Positions 17,845-26,430 of a stretch of 60,638 nt of DNA are shown here, piece after piece (positions within the stretch are counted from its first letter, which is position 1; every line of letters begins with the position of its first letter). Source of the DNA: a virus. Lineage: Duplodnaviria; Caudoviricetes. Below the pieces are notes generated by a model. That model did not search any database and was not told the origin of the DNA. It was given only the letters and a program-made list of their open reading frames with translations. The translations under genes were made by a program, and so were the position numbers. The stretch is taken from positions 1 to 60,638 of IMG/VR virus record IMGVR_UViG_3300046508_000016; one strand, given 5' to 3'.

Positions 17845-18732
17845 TTATCGAATCACCCTCACGTTCGGGTTGCCGGTTATGCCTGTGTTGTCGGAACAAT
17901 TGATAAACGTGATTGCACTGGTTCCAATGTTGCCAAGCGAACACGGCTTCGGCCATAGCCCTGTTTCCAGGTGGCAATCTCGAAACGCGACCTGACCATT
18001 GTGATTATCCAATAGCGTGTAGGTGTCGTTGCCCGGCGCACCGCCCTCAAAGCCACAACGATCAAAGAACCAATCACCCGTGCCGTGGCCGGTGGTTTTG
18101 TTTACCTCTTGGATCAGCGGTACGTTGCCGCCATTGGCGATAACATAGGTGTCGCGGAACGTAACAAGGCCAGACCACGCATCAGGCCCGATAAGATTCA
18201 GCCGGATCGCCCCGCTGTTGTTGCCGACGGCATGTAGGCTGATGGTGCAGTAGGAGCCTACCGCCGTGTCACCGCTCAACGTGAATGCTGGGGACGCACA
18301 ACGAATACCGGCGATGTCCACAACGGAGTAGCTCACATTTTGTAGGACGAATCCACCGCCGCCAATGAAGTGTCCGCCAGTCCAACGCAGCCATGATAGA
18401 TTACGCTTGCCCAGCGGCGCTCCGTAGACCAACAGCGGCGAGGTGGTGTTTCGCATCGCCTGAATCGTGACCTGCTCGGCGTGTACGTTGGCTTCACGTT
18501 TGGTAAAATCAACGGTACGCGACACCGGATAGACGCCGGCCGGGATCGTGAGCACGCCATTACAGGTGTTGTAAGCCCGTTCAAGGTCGGCGGCACGGTC
18601 AACCGTAAGGTCAGGGTTGGGGGCGATCTGCCACGGTGCGGGTGTGGGTGTGGGGACGACGGCAGCCGTGAGACAAACGATGGCCGTTAACGCCACACAC
18701 GTCATAATGCCACAGTAGGTTCTGTCGTTCAT
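17845..18732 (-). CDS. Exported pectate-lyase-like beta-helix protein
   Basis: N-terminal hydrophobic signal; D.AA.LERA...LTIPAGVYPVS; F..C..E repeats. Confidence 0.65.
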   Translation of the reverse strand: MNDRTYCGIMTCVALTAIVCLTAAVVPTPTPAPWQIAPNPDLTVDRAADLERAYNTCNGVLTIPAGVYPVSRTVDFTKREANVHAEQVTIQAMRNTTSPLLVYGAPLGKRNLSWLRWTGGHFIGGGGFVLQNVSYSVVDIAGIRCASPAFTLSGDTAVGSYCTISLHAVGNNSGAIRLNLIGPDAWSGLVTFRDTYVIANGGNVPLIQEVNKTTGHGTGDWFFDRCGFEGGAPGNDTYTLLDNHNGQVAFRDCHLETGLWPKPCSLGNIGTSAITFINCSDNTGITGNPNVRVIR

Positions 18733-18734
18733 TG

Positions 18735-18905
18735 CTATTCCTTCGCTACCTTTGCCGTGTCAAACTTTTGTAGTTGTTTTTCAATTCTCTGAATCGCCAC
18801 GCAGTTCGCCGCCACCGTCGCCGATTGCTGAATGTTCAACGCCCATGTCACAAAAATGTGAACCACCAGCAGCGTCAGCAGTACGAATGACATGCGGGAA
18901 CTCAT
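18735..18905 (-). CDS. Small membrane protein with coiled-coil tail
   Basis: One TM segment; start overlaps upstream stop. Confidence 0.55.
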   Translation of the reverse strand: MSSRMSFVLLTLLVVHIFVTWALNIQQSATVAANCVAIQRIEKQLQKFDTAKVAKE

Positions 18906-19450
18906 GTTATTGGCACTTCCCCCTTGTGCTCTTGGACATCCAGACGATGCTCCGTTCCCCCAATGCGTTTTGCCTGATCCCCTAGCCGTTGATCCTGCCA
19001 ACCCATGCGTTGATCCTGACCACCGATCCGCAAGTCCTGACTGCCCACCCGTTGCTCAAGCAGCAGTCGCACGTTCGAGCAATTCTCGACAACAGAGAGA
19101 ACCACCCGCTGGCCTTCCTTCATTTCTTCGAGGATGCTGCCGATTGATAAAGCGGTTGCCTCCCGCTGTTCCTTGGCCTCGGCACGAAATCCGCTCAGCA
19201 GGTCTTGCGTGCTCGCGGCGTGGCGGGCATCAACGCGGGGGCGATCCCGAGAAGTCACATACCACAGATACCAGACCAGCACGCCCAGCACACCGAGGGA
19301 TTCGATGAGCTTTAGTATCGGGTCGATAGCGCTGGAGGTATCCACAGCGGCCAGCGTTCCCGGATGAGGCAACGGCAGTACAGCCCCATTGGTAGCCGCC
19401 ATAAAGAAGCCGAGGGCTATCGGAACCAGAAATCGCATAGTGGTTTTCAT
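18902..19450 (-). CDS. Holin/spanin-like membrane protein
   Basis: Signal-like N-terminus, TM LGVLGVLVWYLWY, heptad QDxRxG repeats. Confidence 0.55.
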   Translation of the reverse strand: MKTTMRFLVPIALGFFMAATNGAVLPLPHPGTLAAVDTSSAIDPILKLIESLGVLGVLVWYLWYVTSRDRPRVDARHAASTQDLLSGFRAEAKEQREATALSIGSILEEMKEGQRVVLSVVENCSNVRLLLEQRVGSQDLRIGGQDQRMGWQDQRLGDQAKRIGGTEHRLDVQEHKGEVPIT

Positions 19451-19491
19451 CCTTCGGCCTGAGGTAAACGGTTAGCCCGTGATGTCGCTCG

Positions 19492-19728
19492 TCATTGGAA
19501 ATGTACAAGAGGATGTCCGACGAATGAAAGCAGCAACCCGATGAGGATAAGCACGGCGACCACCATGATTATCATCCGGGCGACCTTGTTGAACGGCTCA
19601 GGCAGTCCACAGTAGCCGATGATCCAAAGCAACAGCCACACGACGGCCCCGAGAACGAGGCAGTAGACCACAGCTTCCACCAGCCCCTCGATACTCAGGT
19701 TGATTGCACCGTAAAGTTTCTGTAGCAT
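19492..19728 (-). CDS. Two-TM membrane protein (Thivi_2564-like, holin candidate)
   Basis: LVLGAVVWLLLWII...LPEPFNKVAR.II.VVAVL.LI.LL. Confidence 0.7.
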   Translation of the reverse strand: MLQKLYGAINLSIEGLVEAVVYCLVLGAVVWLLLWIIGYCGLPEPFNKVARMIIMVVAVLILIGLLLSFVGHPLVHFQ

Positions 19729-19917
19729 GGTCACACCTATCCTTTTCGTGAAGTAAACATTGCCGCCAACAGTTCCCAAACGGCTCGGCCCGCGAGCACT
19801 ACTCCGATGATCGCCAACAGTCCAAACATTGTTGCGAACATGGCCGTCTCTCCAAAAACGGCCAGGGTGGCGAGTGTTGCTAAACCGAACCACCCTGGCC
19901 TGGCACGCGAAGCAAGA

Positions 19918-20331
19918 TCATCCGCCACGTCGCGCAGAACGACGTGCGGCACGGCGATCATGGCCGACAACGGCCCTGACGCCCCTGGTAACGCCCACCA
20001 CCGCTCTGCCCAATAGATGACGCCTACCGCCCGTTGCAGCGTCGGAAGTAGCCGCAGAGGCACATGCAGCGGGTGTACAGGCTGCCGGGGTGCAGGCAGG
20101 AGGCACAACCACGGGATCGGTAGGCACAAGTGGCGGGGCCGGAGTCGGCACCTGTACCGGCGCAGGTGTCGGCGTAAACGGCCACATCTTCTGCTGCTGG
20201 ACCGGAGCGCAGGCATTTGGACCACAGGCCGAACAGCCGCCTTGAGTTTGAACGTTTCGACCGCGGGCCTCCGCCATCGTCGCCGACAAGGCGATAGTCA
20301 CAACACACAAGAGCATGATGAACGGTTTCAC
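19918..20331 (-). CDS. Secreted Pro/Cys/Ala-rich small protein with Arg-rich tail
   Basis: AAGGAG SD; signal peptide ending AEA; PAACT repeats; RRAARRSARR end. Confidence 0.7.
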   Translation of the reverse strand: MKPFIMLLCVVTIALSATMAEARGRNVQTQGGCSACGPNACAPVQQQKMWPFTPTPAPVQVPTPAPPLVPTDPVVVPPACTPAACTPAACASAATSDAATGGRRHLLGRAVVGVTRGVRAVVGHDRRAARRSARRGG

Positions 20332-20407
20332 TGGACTTCTCCTTTACTTGTTTGGTAAACAAAAACTCGGACACTCGTGCGGAAACGCTTTACCGGAAAG
20401 GTAAAGA

Positions 20408-20935
20408 CTACGCCTCTTCGACTTCTCCCGTGGCGGTGACGCCGAACTCGCCCGGCTTGGCTGGAGCGATGACGTCGGCAACCACGAAATCGAGCACGGA
20501 AGGCTCGCTGCCGTTGTCGGCCGCATCGAAGTCACGCAACTCGGCGTGAACGGCCACACCCACGGCTGCCTTGACGGCATCGGGCACTTCGGTGGTAGCG
20601 ACGTCGGCGATCGGCGTGACGGTGGGCGTGCCGCCGTCGTAGGCCACAGACAACTCCCGGCGAACCGCATCGGTAACAACCGCCGGCAACGTGCATTTGT
20701 AGACTTGCTTCTTCACGGAACTCTCCTTCACTTCGTTGGTTTGGACAAAAACAGGAAATCCGGGGCGACTCGCGGAGAAGATCACGCCGCGAACCGCCTC
20801 GTTGAAAACGACAAACTCATCGTGGATCGCTGCCACTTCTATCTGAATCGCTTCGAGCGCCGCGGCCTGCCGCTCGGCAGCAACGGCCTGCCGCTGTGTC
20901 GCAGTCGTCAGGTTGGGGTCGTAGAACAGGCCCAT
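20408..20935 (-). CDS. Hypothetical protein with C-terminal Ig/FN3-like domain
   Basis: D.ADNGSEPS...D.IAPAKPG; AAGGA SD. Confidence 0.65.
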   Translation of the reverse strand: MGLFYDPNLTTATQRQAVAAERQAAALEAIQIEVAAIHDEFVVFNEAVRGVIFSASRPGFPVFVQTNEVKESSVKKQVYKCTLPAVVTDAVRRELSVAYDGGTPTVTPIADVATTEVPDAVKAAVGVAVHAELRDFDAADNGSEPSVLDFVVADVIAPAKPGEFGVTATGEVEEA

Positions 20936-20946
20936 TGGTCATCCTT

Positions 20947-21153
20947 TTACTGTGGCCATCCGATGTCTTCGTTGGCGACAATCATCCTTCCGGCTTCTGC
21001 GATGATTTTTGCCGCAGGCTCGATGACGCGAGGAACGGTGTCGAGCCACAATCCCAGAGAATCATCCGACTTCGGATTCATTGCTTCTGCTGCAATCGTT
21101 GCCAGCAGTTCGCTCGTGTCCTGGCACAGTTTCGCAAACGCGAGCCTATCCAT
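20947..21153 (-). CDS. Small hypothetical protein
   Basis: AAGGAG SD, overlap with upstream gene. Confidence 0.6.
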   Translation of the reverse strand: MDRLAFAKLCQDTSELLATIAAEAMNPKSDDSLGLWLDTVPRVIEPAAKIIAEAGRMIVANEDIGWPQ

Positions 21154-21475
21154 TGGTTGGCTCCTTTTGTGGATCGGGAAATGGCGGATAGTGAATCAAT
21201 CCACTCAAGTCTCTCTGGATCATCTCGATCCCGCACGCGCAACGCTCAAGAGCCGCACAAACGCGGCCAAACTCCACGGGCTGCATCGCGTCCTTCACAT
21301 TTGCTGGCTTAGTCAGGAACTTCCACCAAACGCTGCCGCGAAACTCCGCGATCATCTCGCCAATCGCCACCGCATCGGCCTTGACCGCATCGGCCGCCAC
21401 AGCGAAAGCGTCCAGGGCCTCGGGAAGCGGTCGCTTCTCTTGCTCGTGATCGTGTTCGCCAAGCAAGCCGTTCAT
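21146..21475 (-). CDS. Hypothetical helical protein
   Basis: TGATG coupling to the metacaspase stop; GGAGG SD. Confidence 0.6.
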   Translation of the reverse strand: MNGLLGEHDHEQEKRPLPEALDAFAVAADAVKADAVAIGEMIAEFRGSVWWKFLTKPANVKDAMQPVEFGRVCAALERCACGIEMIQRDLSGLIHYPPFPDPQKEPTNG

Positions 21476-22299
21476 CAGCAACCTCCTTGCAAAAATCCGT
21501 GAGCGATATGATCGTCCTGCCCTCGTAACTGCGGCTCTTGGTCGTAGTCGTCGATTTTCAGGTCGGCATTCACCCGCTCGATAACTTTGGTCAACGGGAC
21601 GGACAGGCCGTCTTTCTTCAAGCGGGCCAGCAGGTAGTGAGACAGCGCCCCGCAGTAGGCTCCGTCGATGAAGGCGTCGGCTGACGTTTGATTTCTCTTG
21701 CAGCCTCCAATAAATGCACCGTGGAGATGCTCGGGCATGGCTCGCCATAGGCTCGGAGACTCGATTCCCTGAGCCTTTGCCGTTTCAACGCGCCATGCCA
21801 TATCTGCGGGCATCGGATATTGACGGGCTACGCGGTAATCAGGGCCAGGAAGCGAGCAATTCACTACCCTAGCCAAATCGGCGTGGCACGAATCGCTGAC
21901 AAAAACGAACTCAACACCTTCGGGGATGTTGGCAAACATCTCTGCAAATGCCGAGGTCGTAATTGCGGTCTCCTCTGTCCAAGCGAAGTCGTAGGGACAA
22001 AAGCAAGCATCATTGGAAATCATGTCGCCGTTCTTATCTCGCAACGGCAACAAGGTCCCGTGACCAGATTCCCAGTAAAGCAACTTGTCACCTGAGGCGG
22101 CTCCGCCAACCAACCATCGCAGACGATCTTTGATCGTGACCGCTGTTGCACGCTCATCGGTCAGAAGGTGGACATCCCTGACTTCAAAGACGCCCTTATC
22201 AACCATCAGCCGAGAAGCGTTAGCAATGTCGTTGATACATCCCCTGAGAGGTGCGGATGGATAGGTGTTGATACCAACGGCGAGAAACTTATTAGCCAT
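21475..22299 (-). CDS. Metacaspase (peptidase C14 / caspase family)
   Basis: VGINTY...LRGCIND, SGHG (catalytic His), DSCH (catalytic Cys), GC...QTSAD...GALS...QEPQL p10-like region. Confidence 0.93.
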   Translation of the reverse strand: MANKFLAVGINTYPSAPLRGCINDIANASRLMVDKGVFEVRDVHLLTDERATAVTIKDRLRWLVGGAASGDKLLYWESGHGTLLPLRDKNGDMISNDACFCPYDFAWTEETAITTSAFAEMFANIPEGVEFVFVSDSCHADLARVVNCSLPGPDYRVARQYPMPADMAWRVETAKAQGIESPSLWRAMPEHLHGAFIGGCKRNQTSADAFIDGAYCGALSHYLLARLKKDGLSVPLTKVIERVNADLKIDDYDQEPQLRGQDDHIAHGFLQGGC

Positions 22300-22309
22300 G
22301 ACCGTTATC

Positions 22310-22825
22310 CTACGCTACGTGTTTCCAGCATTGCCGATGAACAATCTTATGAATCGTTTTGTGTGATACGCCAAACTCTTGCCCGAGAACCACTCCAAGC
22401 CCACGGCGATAGCGAACCCTGATCTCTTTCACCGCTTCCTCTGTTAGTTTTGCTTCTGGTCTTCGCTCGCCACGGGCAACGCATTCTGGATGTTTGTGAA
22501 GACCGTGGCTTTCTCCGCATGACCTCTTTTCTGGATGTCGTCGCATTCCGTTTCGGTCACCACTGGCCATTCGTCCTTTTTTCACCGCATCGTCCATGTT
22601 CTCTTGCCGCGTTCCCGAAAAGAGATGCAGCGGATATAGACACTTCGGGTTGTCGCATTTGTGGCATACATCCGTTCCGCTAGGAATCTTGCCGACCAGG
22701 GCTTCGTAGAGTTTCCGATGCGGACCATAACCGCCATTGTTTACTCCCCCTTGCCATTCCCAACAACCAGTTTCCTGGTTGATCTTGATTCGCTGTAAAA
22801 TCCGGTCTATGATATTCACGTTCAA
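22310..22825 (-). CDS. HNH homing endonuclease with C-terminal HTH
   Basis: CWEWQG, VCHKCDNPKC..P.HL..GT..EN..D, AKLTEEAV.EIR...W.HV; real start probably the GTG two codons into the ORF. Confidence 0.9.
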   Translation of the reverse strand: MNVNIIDRILQRIKINQETGCWEWQGGVNNGGYGPHRKLYEALVGKIPSGTDVCHKCDNPKCLYPLHLFSGTRQENMDDAVKKGRMASGDRNGMRRHPEKRSCGESHGLHKHPECVARGERRPEAKLTEEAVKEIRVRYRRGLGVVLGQEFGVSHKTIHKIVHRQCWKHVA

Positions 22826-22849
22826 GCCTCCTCATTAGGTTTGGGCCAC
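22770..22849. repeat. 80-bp direct repeat, copy 1 (HNH 5' end and RBS)
   Basis: Identical to 25432-25511. Confidence 0.95.
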
Positions 22850-22886
22850 TCGCCCCGGTGATTCGCGTCACGCGGGGCGAACTTAT

Positions 22887-24506
22887 TCACGGTGCGTTCT
22901 GATACGTCGGACAATTTCCTCCGGGGCACGTTTTACACGGTACGCTCGGCTGTACGGTTGCCGGAGCAACGATTGCCGGCGGATGGAGATATCGGTCAAT
23001 AATCTTCCGCACGCTCTCTCCTCGCAACCGAACCAGATCAGCCACGGTCCCACGATTCCGCGAGTTGATCTCTTTATCTGATGTTCCCACGCTGACGCAA
23101 GCAAAACTCCCGCTTGGTTGTGCCTTGGATTCCGAGAGTGCATCGAACCCGTCGTCTCCATAACTCGGCCCCCAAGAATTTCTGAACTCGACAGCAAACT
23201 TTCCGTTTCCAAGATCAATCGGCCCTGTGATGATTACCTGGTGGCTCCAGAAATCCAAACCGATCGACACCGGCAACCGCAACAGGGCCGCGGTCATCAC
23301 ACCGTCGAAGTCACCGTCATCAATCGAGGCCCACGATGCGGTGATCTTGTGATTGAGGGCGTCGGCCTCCCAGCCGGACTTCCAGCGGCTCGGCCGCAGG
23401 CTGTTGGGCGCGTCCATGAAGGAGGAGGCGCAGGCCCCGGCGTCGGTGAGTTGAGCCAAGGCGTCATAGCCCCAGCCGCCCTCGTTGCGCCAGTTCGTCA
23501 CTGGGCCGCCGACCGACTCGGGGGAGAGAACGATCAGCGGCTGTCCCTGCAACGCCCTGATGGCTTCCACGCATGACGTCGAAGCGTAGACCCAGCAGTA
23601 ACCTAGGCCATCTTGATCCTTGACGGGAATCTTGGCCGCCCGCATCAGGTCGCCGACCCACGTTCCTTTGCCTTGAGCAATCAGCGCCGACCACTGCGCC
23701 CGCGGAATGAGAGGGTAGACCGATCGGAAAGTCTGGAATCCCTTGGGGACGGCGGCCTTCACAAAGCCGGTCGCCCTGACCCCTACGACTTCCCGATAGT
23801 TCAATTCGTCAATGACATGGCCCGTATAAGAGCGGCCGGCGGGATTGGCGATCTTGTTGAGCGCGGCAATCGCGGTCGCTGCGTCGGGGGGAAAATCAAC
23901 GCGCGTGATCGGGCCGCCTTCGCCAGCTTGGGCGACAATCGCCGACTTCCCGCCGGCCGCAGTAGCGAGTGGTTGGTATCGCGGCTCGGAAACCGGAGAA
24001 GCGGTAGACCAGCAGCGGAACTCGGGCCAACCGTCCGTACTCGTCAAGCAGTTCTTCGTCAGCCAGTCGCGCAAACTGCCCGCCGCTGTGGAGTTGAGCA
24101 TCTGCCGCTGAAGTTCGCTCATCGACCCCAACGCATCGGAATCATAGAGGATCAGCGTCCGCAGCTTGCTCGGGGCAGGAGGCGGTGGTGGAGGGGGAGG
24201 AGGCGGCGGTGGCGGTGGCGGTGGTGGGGGCGGTGGATTCGGCCCGTAAATCTCGGCCCACAGCTTCAGGAAGGCAGCTTGGTCAGTTGACATGGCGGCA
24301 TCTGCCGTCGCCTTGGCTGCGTTGCCGGCGGCTAGGGCTTCCTGGGCAATGCGGATCGCGGCACCCGCTGCAATCGAGTCCTGGCGGTCCTGTTCGACCT
24401 TGGCGAGGGCATCGAGAAGCGGTTGCGGTGGGGCTGCCCGCTTGACGGTATCAGCCGCCATCAGCAGCGGCAACGCCATCAGCAGCAAAAGTGTGATTCG
24501 TTTCAT
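22887..24506 (-). CDS. Secreted papain-like (C1) cysteine protease with poly-proline linker
   Basis: Signal peptide; long Pro run; DQDGLGYCW (Gln/Cys), WSHQV (His), RNSWG (Asn). Confidence 0.9.
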   Translation of the reverse strand: MKRITLLLLMALPLLMAADTVKRAAPPQPLLDALAKVEQDRQDSIAAGAAIRIAQEALAAGNAAKATADAAMSTDQAAFLKLWAEIYGPNPPPPPPPPPPPPPPPPPPPPAPSKLRTLILYDSDALGSMSELQRQMLNSTAAGSLRDWLTKNCLTSTDGWPEFRCWSTASPVSEPRYQPLATAAGGKSAIVAQAGEGGPITRVDFPPDAATAIAALNKIANPAGRSYTGHVIDELNYREVVGVRATGFVKAAVPKGFQTFRSVYPLIPRAQWSALIAQGKGTWVGDLMRAAKIPVKDQDGLGYCWVYASTSCVEAIRALQGQPLIVLSPESVGGPVTNWRNEGGWGYDALAQLTDAGACASSFMDAPNSLRPSRWKSGWEADALNHKITASWASIDDGDFDGVMTAALLRLPVSIGLDFWSHQVIITGPIDLGNGKFAVEFRNSWGPSYGDDGFDALSESKAQPSGSFACVSVGTSDKEINSRNRGTVADLVRLRGESVRKIIDRYLHPPAIVAPATVQPSVPCKTCPGGNCPTYQNAP

Positions 24507-24611
24507 GGCAAAAATCCTTCTCTTGGCAGGATTGTGAAAGTGAAAGTGGCCGAGGGCGATCCCAAGAGGAAAGCCCCCGGCCGGATGATCCCGTTTCCAG
24601 GACCAAGGCTT

Positions 24612-24932
24612 CTACAGACCGAAAATGGCCAGCAAACTCATGACCAACTTCAGGATCGTCGGCAGGTTATCGACGAGCCACTGGATCACTGCGGTCCAAT
24701 CCACGGCCGTAACGTCGGTGGTCGGATTGGCTTGCTCGTACTTGGCGAGGATTAGGTGCTGCACCATCCGGTCGATGCGCGGATGGTTGGCGTGAATGTG
24801 AACGAGCCGGGCGAGGCCAGCCTTGGCTTCCGCATCGGCGGTTCCCATCTTGCCGGAGACGAACCCATTCAATACGTCGCCATACGATTTGCCTTCGGCC
24901 TCGATGGGACTTCTGAACAACTTTTCGGACAT
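24612..24932 (-). CDS. Hypothetical protein with C-terminal amphipathic/membrane helix
   Basis: AAGGAG SD; ends VDWTAVIQWLVDNLPTILKLVMSLLAIFGL. Confidence 0.7.
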   Translation of the reverse strand: MSEKLFRSPIEAEGKSYGDVLNGFVSGKMGTADAEAKAGLARLVHIHANHPRIDRMVQHLILAKYEQANPTTDVTAVDWTAVIQWLVDNLPTILKLVMSLLAIFGL

Positions 24933-24969
24933 GATACTTCTCCTTGGTCTTGGAAAACTGGTTAAACAC

Positions 24970-25487
24970 TCACGCTACATGCTTCCAACTTTTTCGGTGA
25001 ATGACTTCGCAGACAACACCCTCAGAGACACAATACAGTTCTGCAATTTCTCGCTGACAAAACCAGCCAGTCGCAGCAAGTTTTCTAATTTCTTGAACCT
25101 TGATGGAATTCAGCTTTCCAGTGTAGTTTGGGTTTTTTTCTCCCCTCCGAACCACGTACATTTGTGGATGCGTCACAGAACCATGCGGGCGATTTTTGGC
25201 AATCCGATCCGCTGCGTTGTCTTTCTTGGTCCCCAAAAACAAATGGTCTGGATTGCAGCATGGTGGATTATCGCAACGATGCACACACAGAGACCTCTCG
25301 GTATCTCTCCGTTCTTTACGGTGAACATCAAACGATGTGCGTACCACCTGCGACGCCCAAACACACCATTCTTTCCATATCCAACAACTCCATACTCATT
25401 GGCATGCGCTCCCTGCCACTCCCAGCAACCCGTTTCCTGGTTGATCTTGATTCGCTGTAAAATCCGGTCTATGATATTCACGTTCAA
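24970..25487 (-). pseudogene. HNH homing endonuclease, frameshifted
   Basis: N-half (...GEIPRGLCVC) and C-half (HRCDNPPCCNPDHLFLGT...WKHVA) lie in different frames; shift at the TG run near 25280-25289. Confidence 0.85.
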
Positions 25488-25511
25488 GCCTCCTCATTAG
25501 GTTTGGGCCAC
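25432..25511. repeat. 80-bp direct repeat, copy 2 (HNH 5' end and RBS)
   Basis: Identical to 22770-22849. Confidence 0.95.
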
Positions 25512-25619
25512 GCCTCCGGTGATTCACGTCACGCGGAGGTTTTGTTTTGTCCTATCGACGCCGCAAGCCGGCCGAGGGTGCATCCTGTGCAACCTCGCCG
25601 GCAATCCTAGCGGTGTTTC

Positions 25620-25802
25620 CTATTCTGGCTCCCGCGTGCAAAAGTGCTCGGCCTGTTTCTCGGACACCATCCGGCGAAACTCTGCGTAGTGCGTTGGTTC
25701 GACCGCGAAGAAGTCGGCGAGGTCATCCAGCAGCGTTCCCCACATTTCCTCGGAATGAACCCCGACCGACGCCGAAACGTGAAAGCCGAGGGATTCGCTC
25801 AA
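25620..25802 (-). CDS. Small hypothetical protein
   Basis: Coupled overlap; GGAGG SD. Confidence 0.5.
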   Translation of the reverse strand: MSESLGFHVSASVGVHSEEMWGTLLDDLADFFAVEPTHYAEFRRMVSEKQAEHFCTREPE

Positions 25803-25990
25803 CGTTCTGCCTCCGATTCCAGGGCGTAAATGAAATCCCGTTCACGCTGGGTCATTTCCCGATCACCCCAGCGGTGCGGCTTTCCTAAGGTTCGCTTGCT
25901 GGGCCTAGCGCCGTTCGGCTTGGCTTTTCGTGGCGGTAACTTCGCTACGGTCTCGGGATCAAGCGCCAACTCATCATCCACGCCATCCAT
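25799..25990 (-). CDS. Small hypothetical protein
   Basis: 63 aa ORF in operon order. Confidence 0.5.
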   Translation of the reverse strand: MDGVDDELALDPETVAKLPPRKAKPNGARPSKRTLGKPHRWGDREMTQRERDFIYALESEAER

Positions 25991-26024
25991 GATGCGGTGA
26001 ACGTATTCTCGATTTCATTCGCTG

Positions 26025-26366
26025 TCAAATCCCAAAATCCCGCCGATACGCCGCATCGTGAGCCTGCTGAATCGCCGCATTTGCCGGAGTGGCGTGTGAA
26101 CGTAGGGGTTTTAGGAAAACCTCTTGCGGTAGTGGCTCAATTTCGGGCGGCTCTACCTCGCCACGTTGGCGCGAAAGAATGGTTTTCAGCCGTTCCGAGG
26201 CAAAAGACCGTACAACCCCCAAAACTTCCTCAATTACGCCGTTTGCCTCGTCGTCTTTGCAGTCTTTTGGGATTCGCAGTTGCAGGGCGCTGTCAATCCA
26301 GTCGGCGGCCTCAGCGCTCAATCGCTCGCCGTAGGCTGCCGGTAGTGCGCTGACTGGATTTTTCAC
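26025..26366 (-). CDS. Hypothetical protein
   Basis: Probable GTG start (VKNPVS) after GGAGG. Confidence 0.55.
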   Translation of the reverse strand: MKNPVSALPAAYGERLSAEAADWIDSALQLRIPKDCKDDEANGVIEEVLGVVRSFASERLKTILSRQRGEVEPPEIEPLPQEVFLKPLRSHATPANAAIQQAHDAAYRRDFGI

Positions 26367-26430
26367 AGGCCCCAAGTTCCTCCGTGTCACCCCAGTGCGA
26401 TTCGGTCGCTCATCGCTCGGCTGCTGTGTG

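Noticed and set aside
22310-25487. HNH genes as group I intron-encoded ORFs
   Set aside because: Flanking genes are complete with their own starts and stops; no interrupted gene or intron core seen
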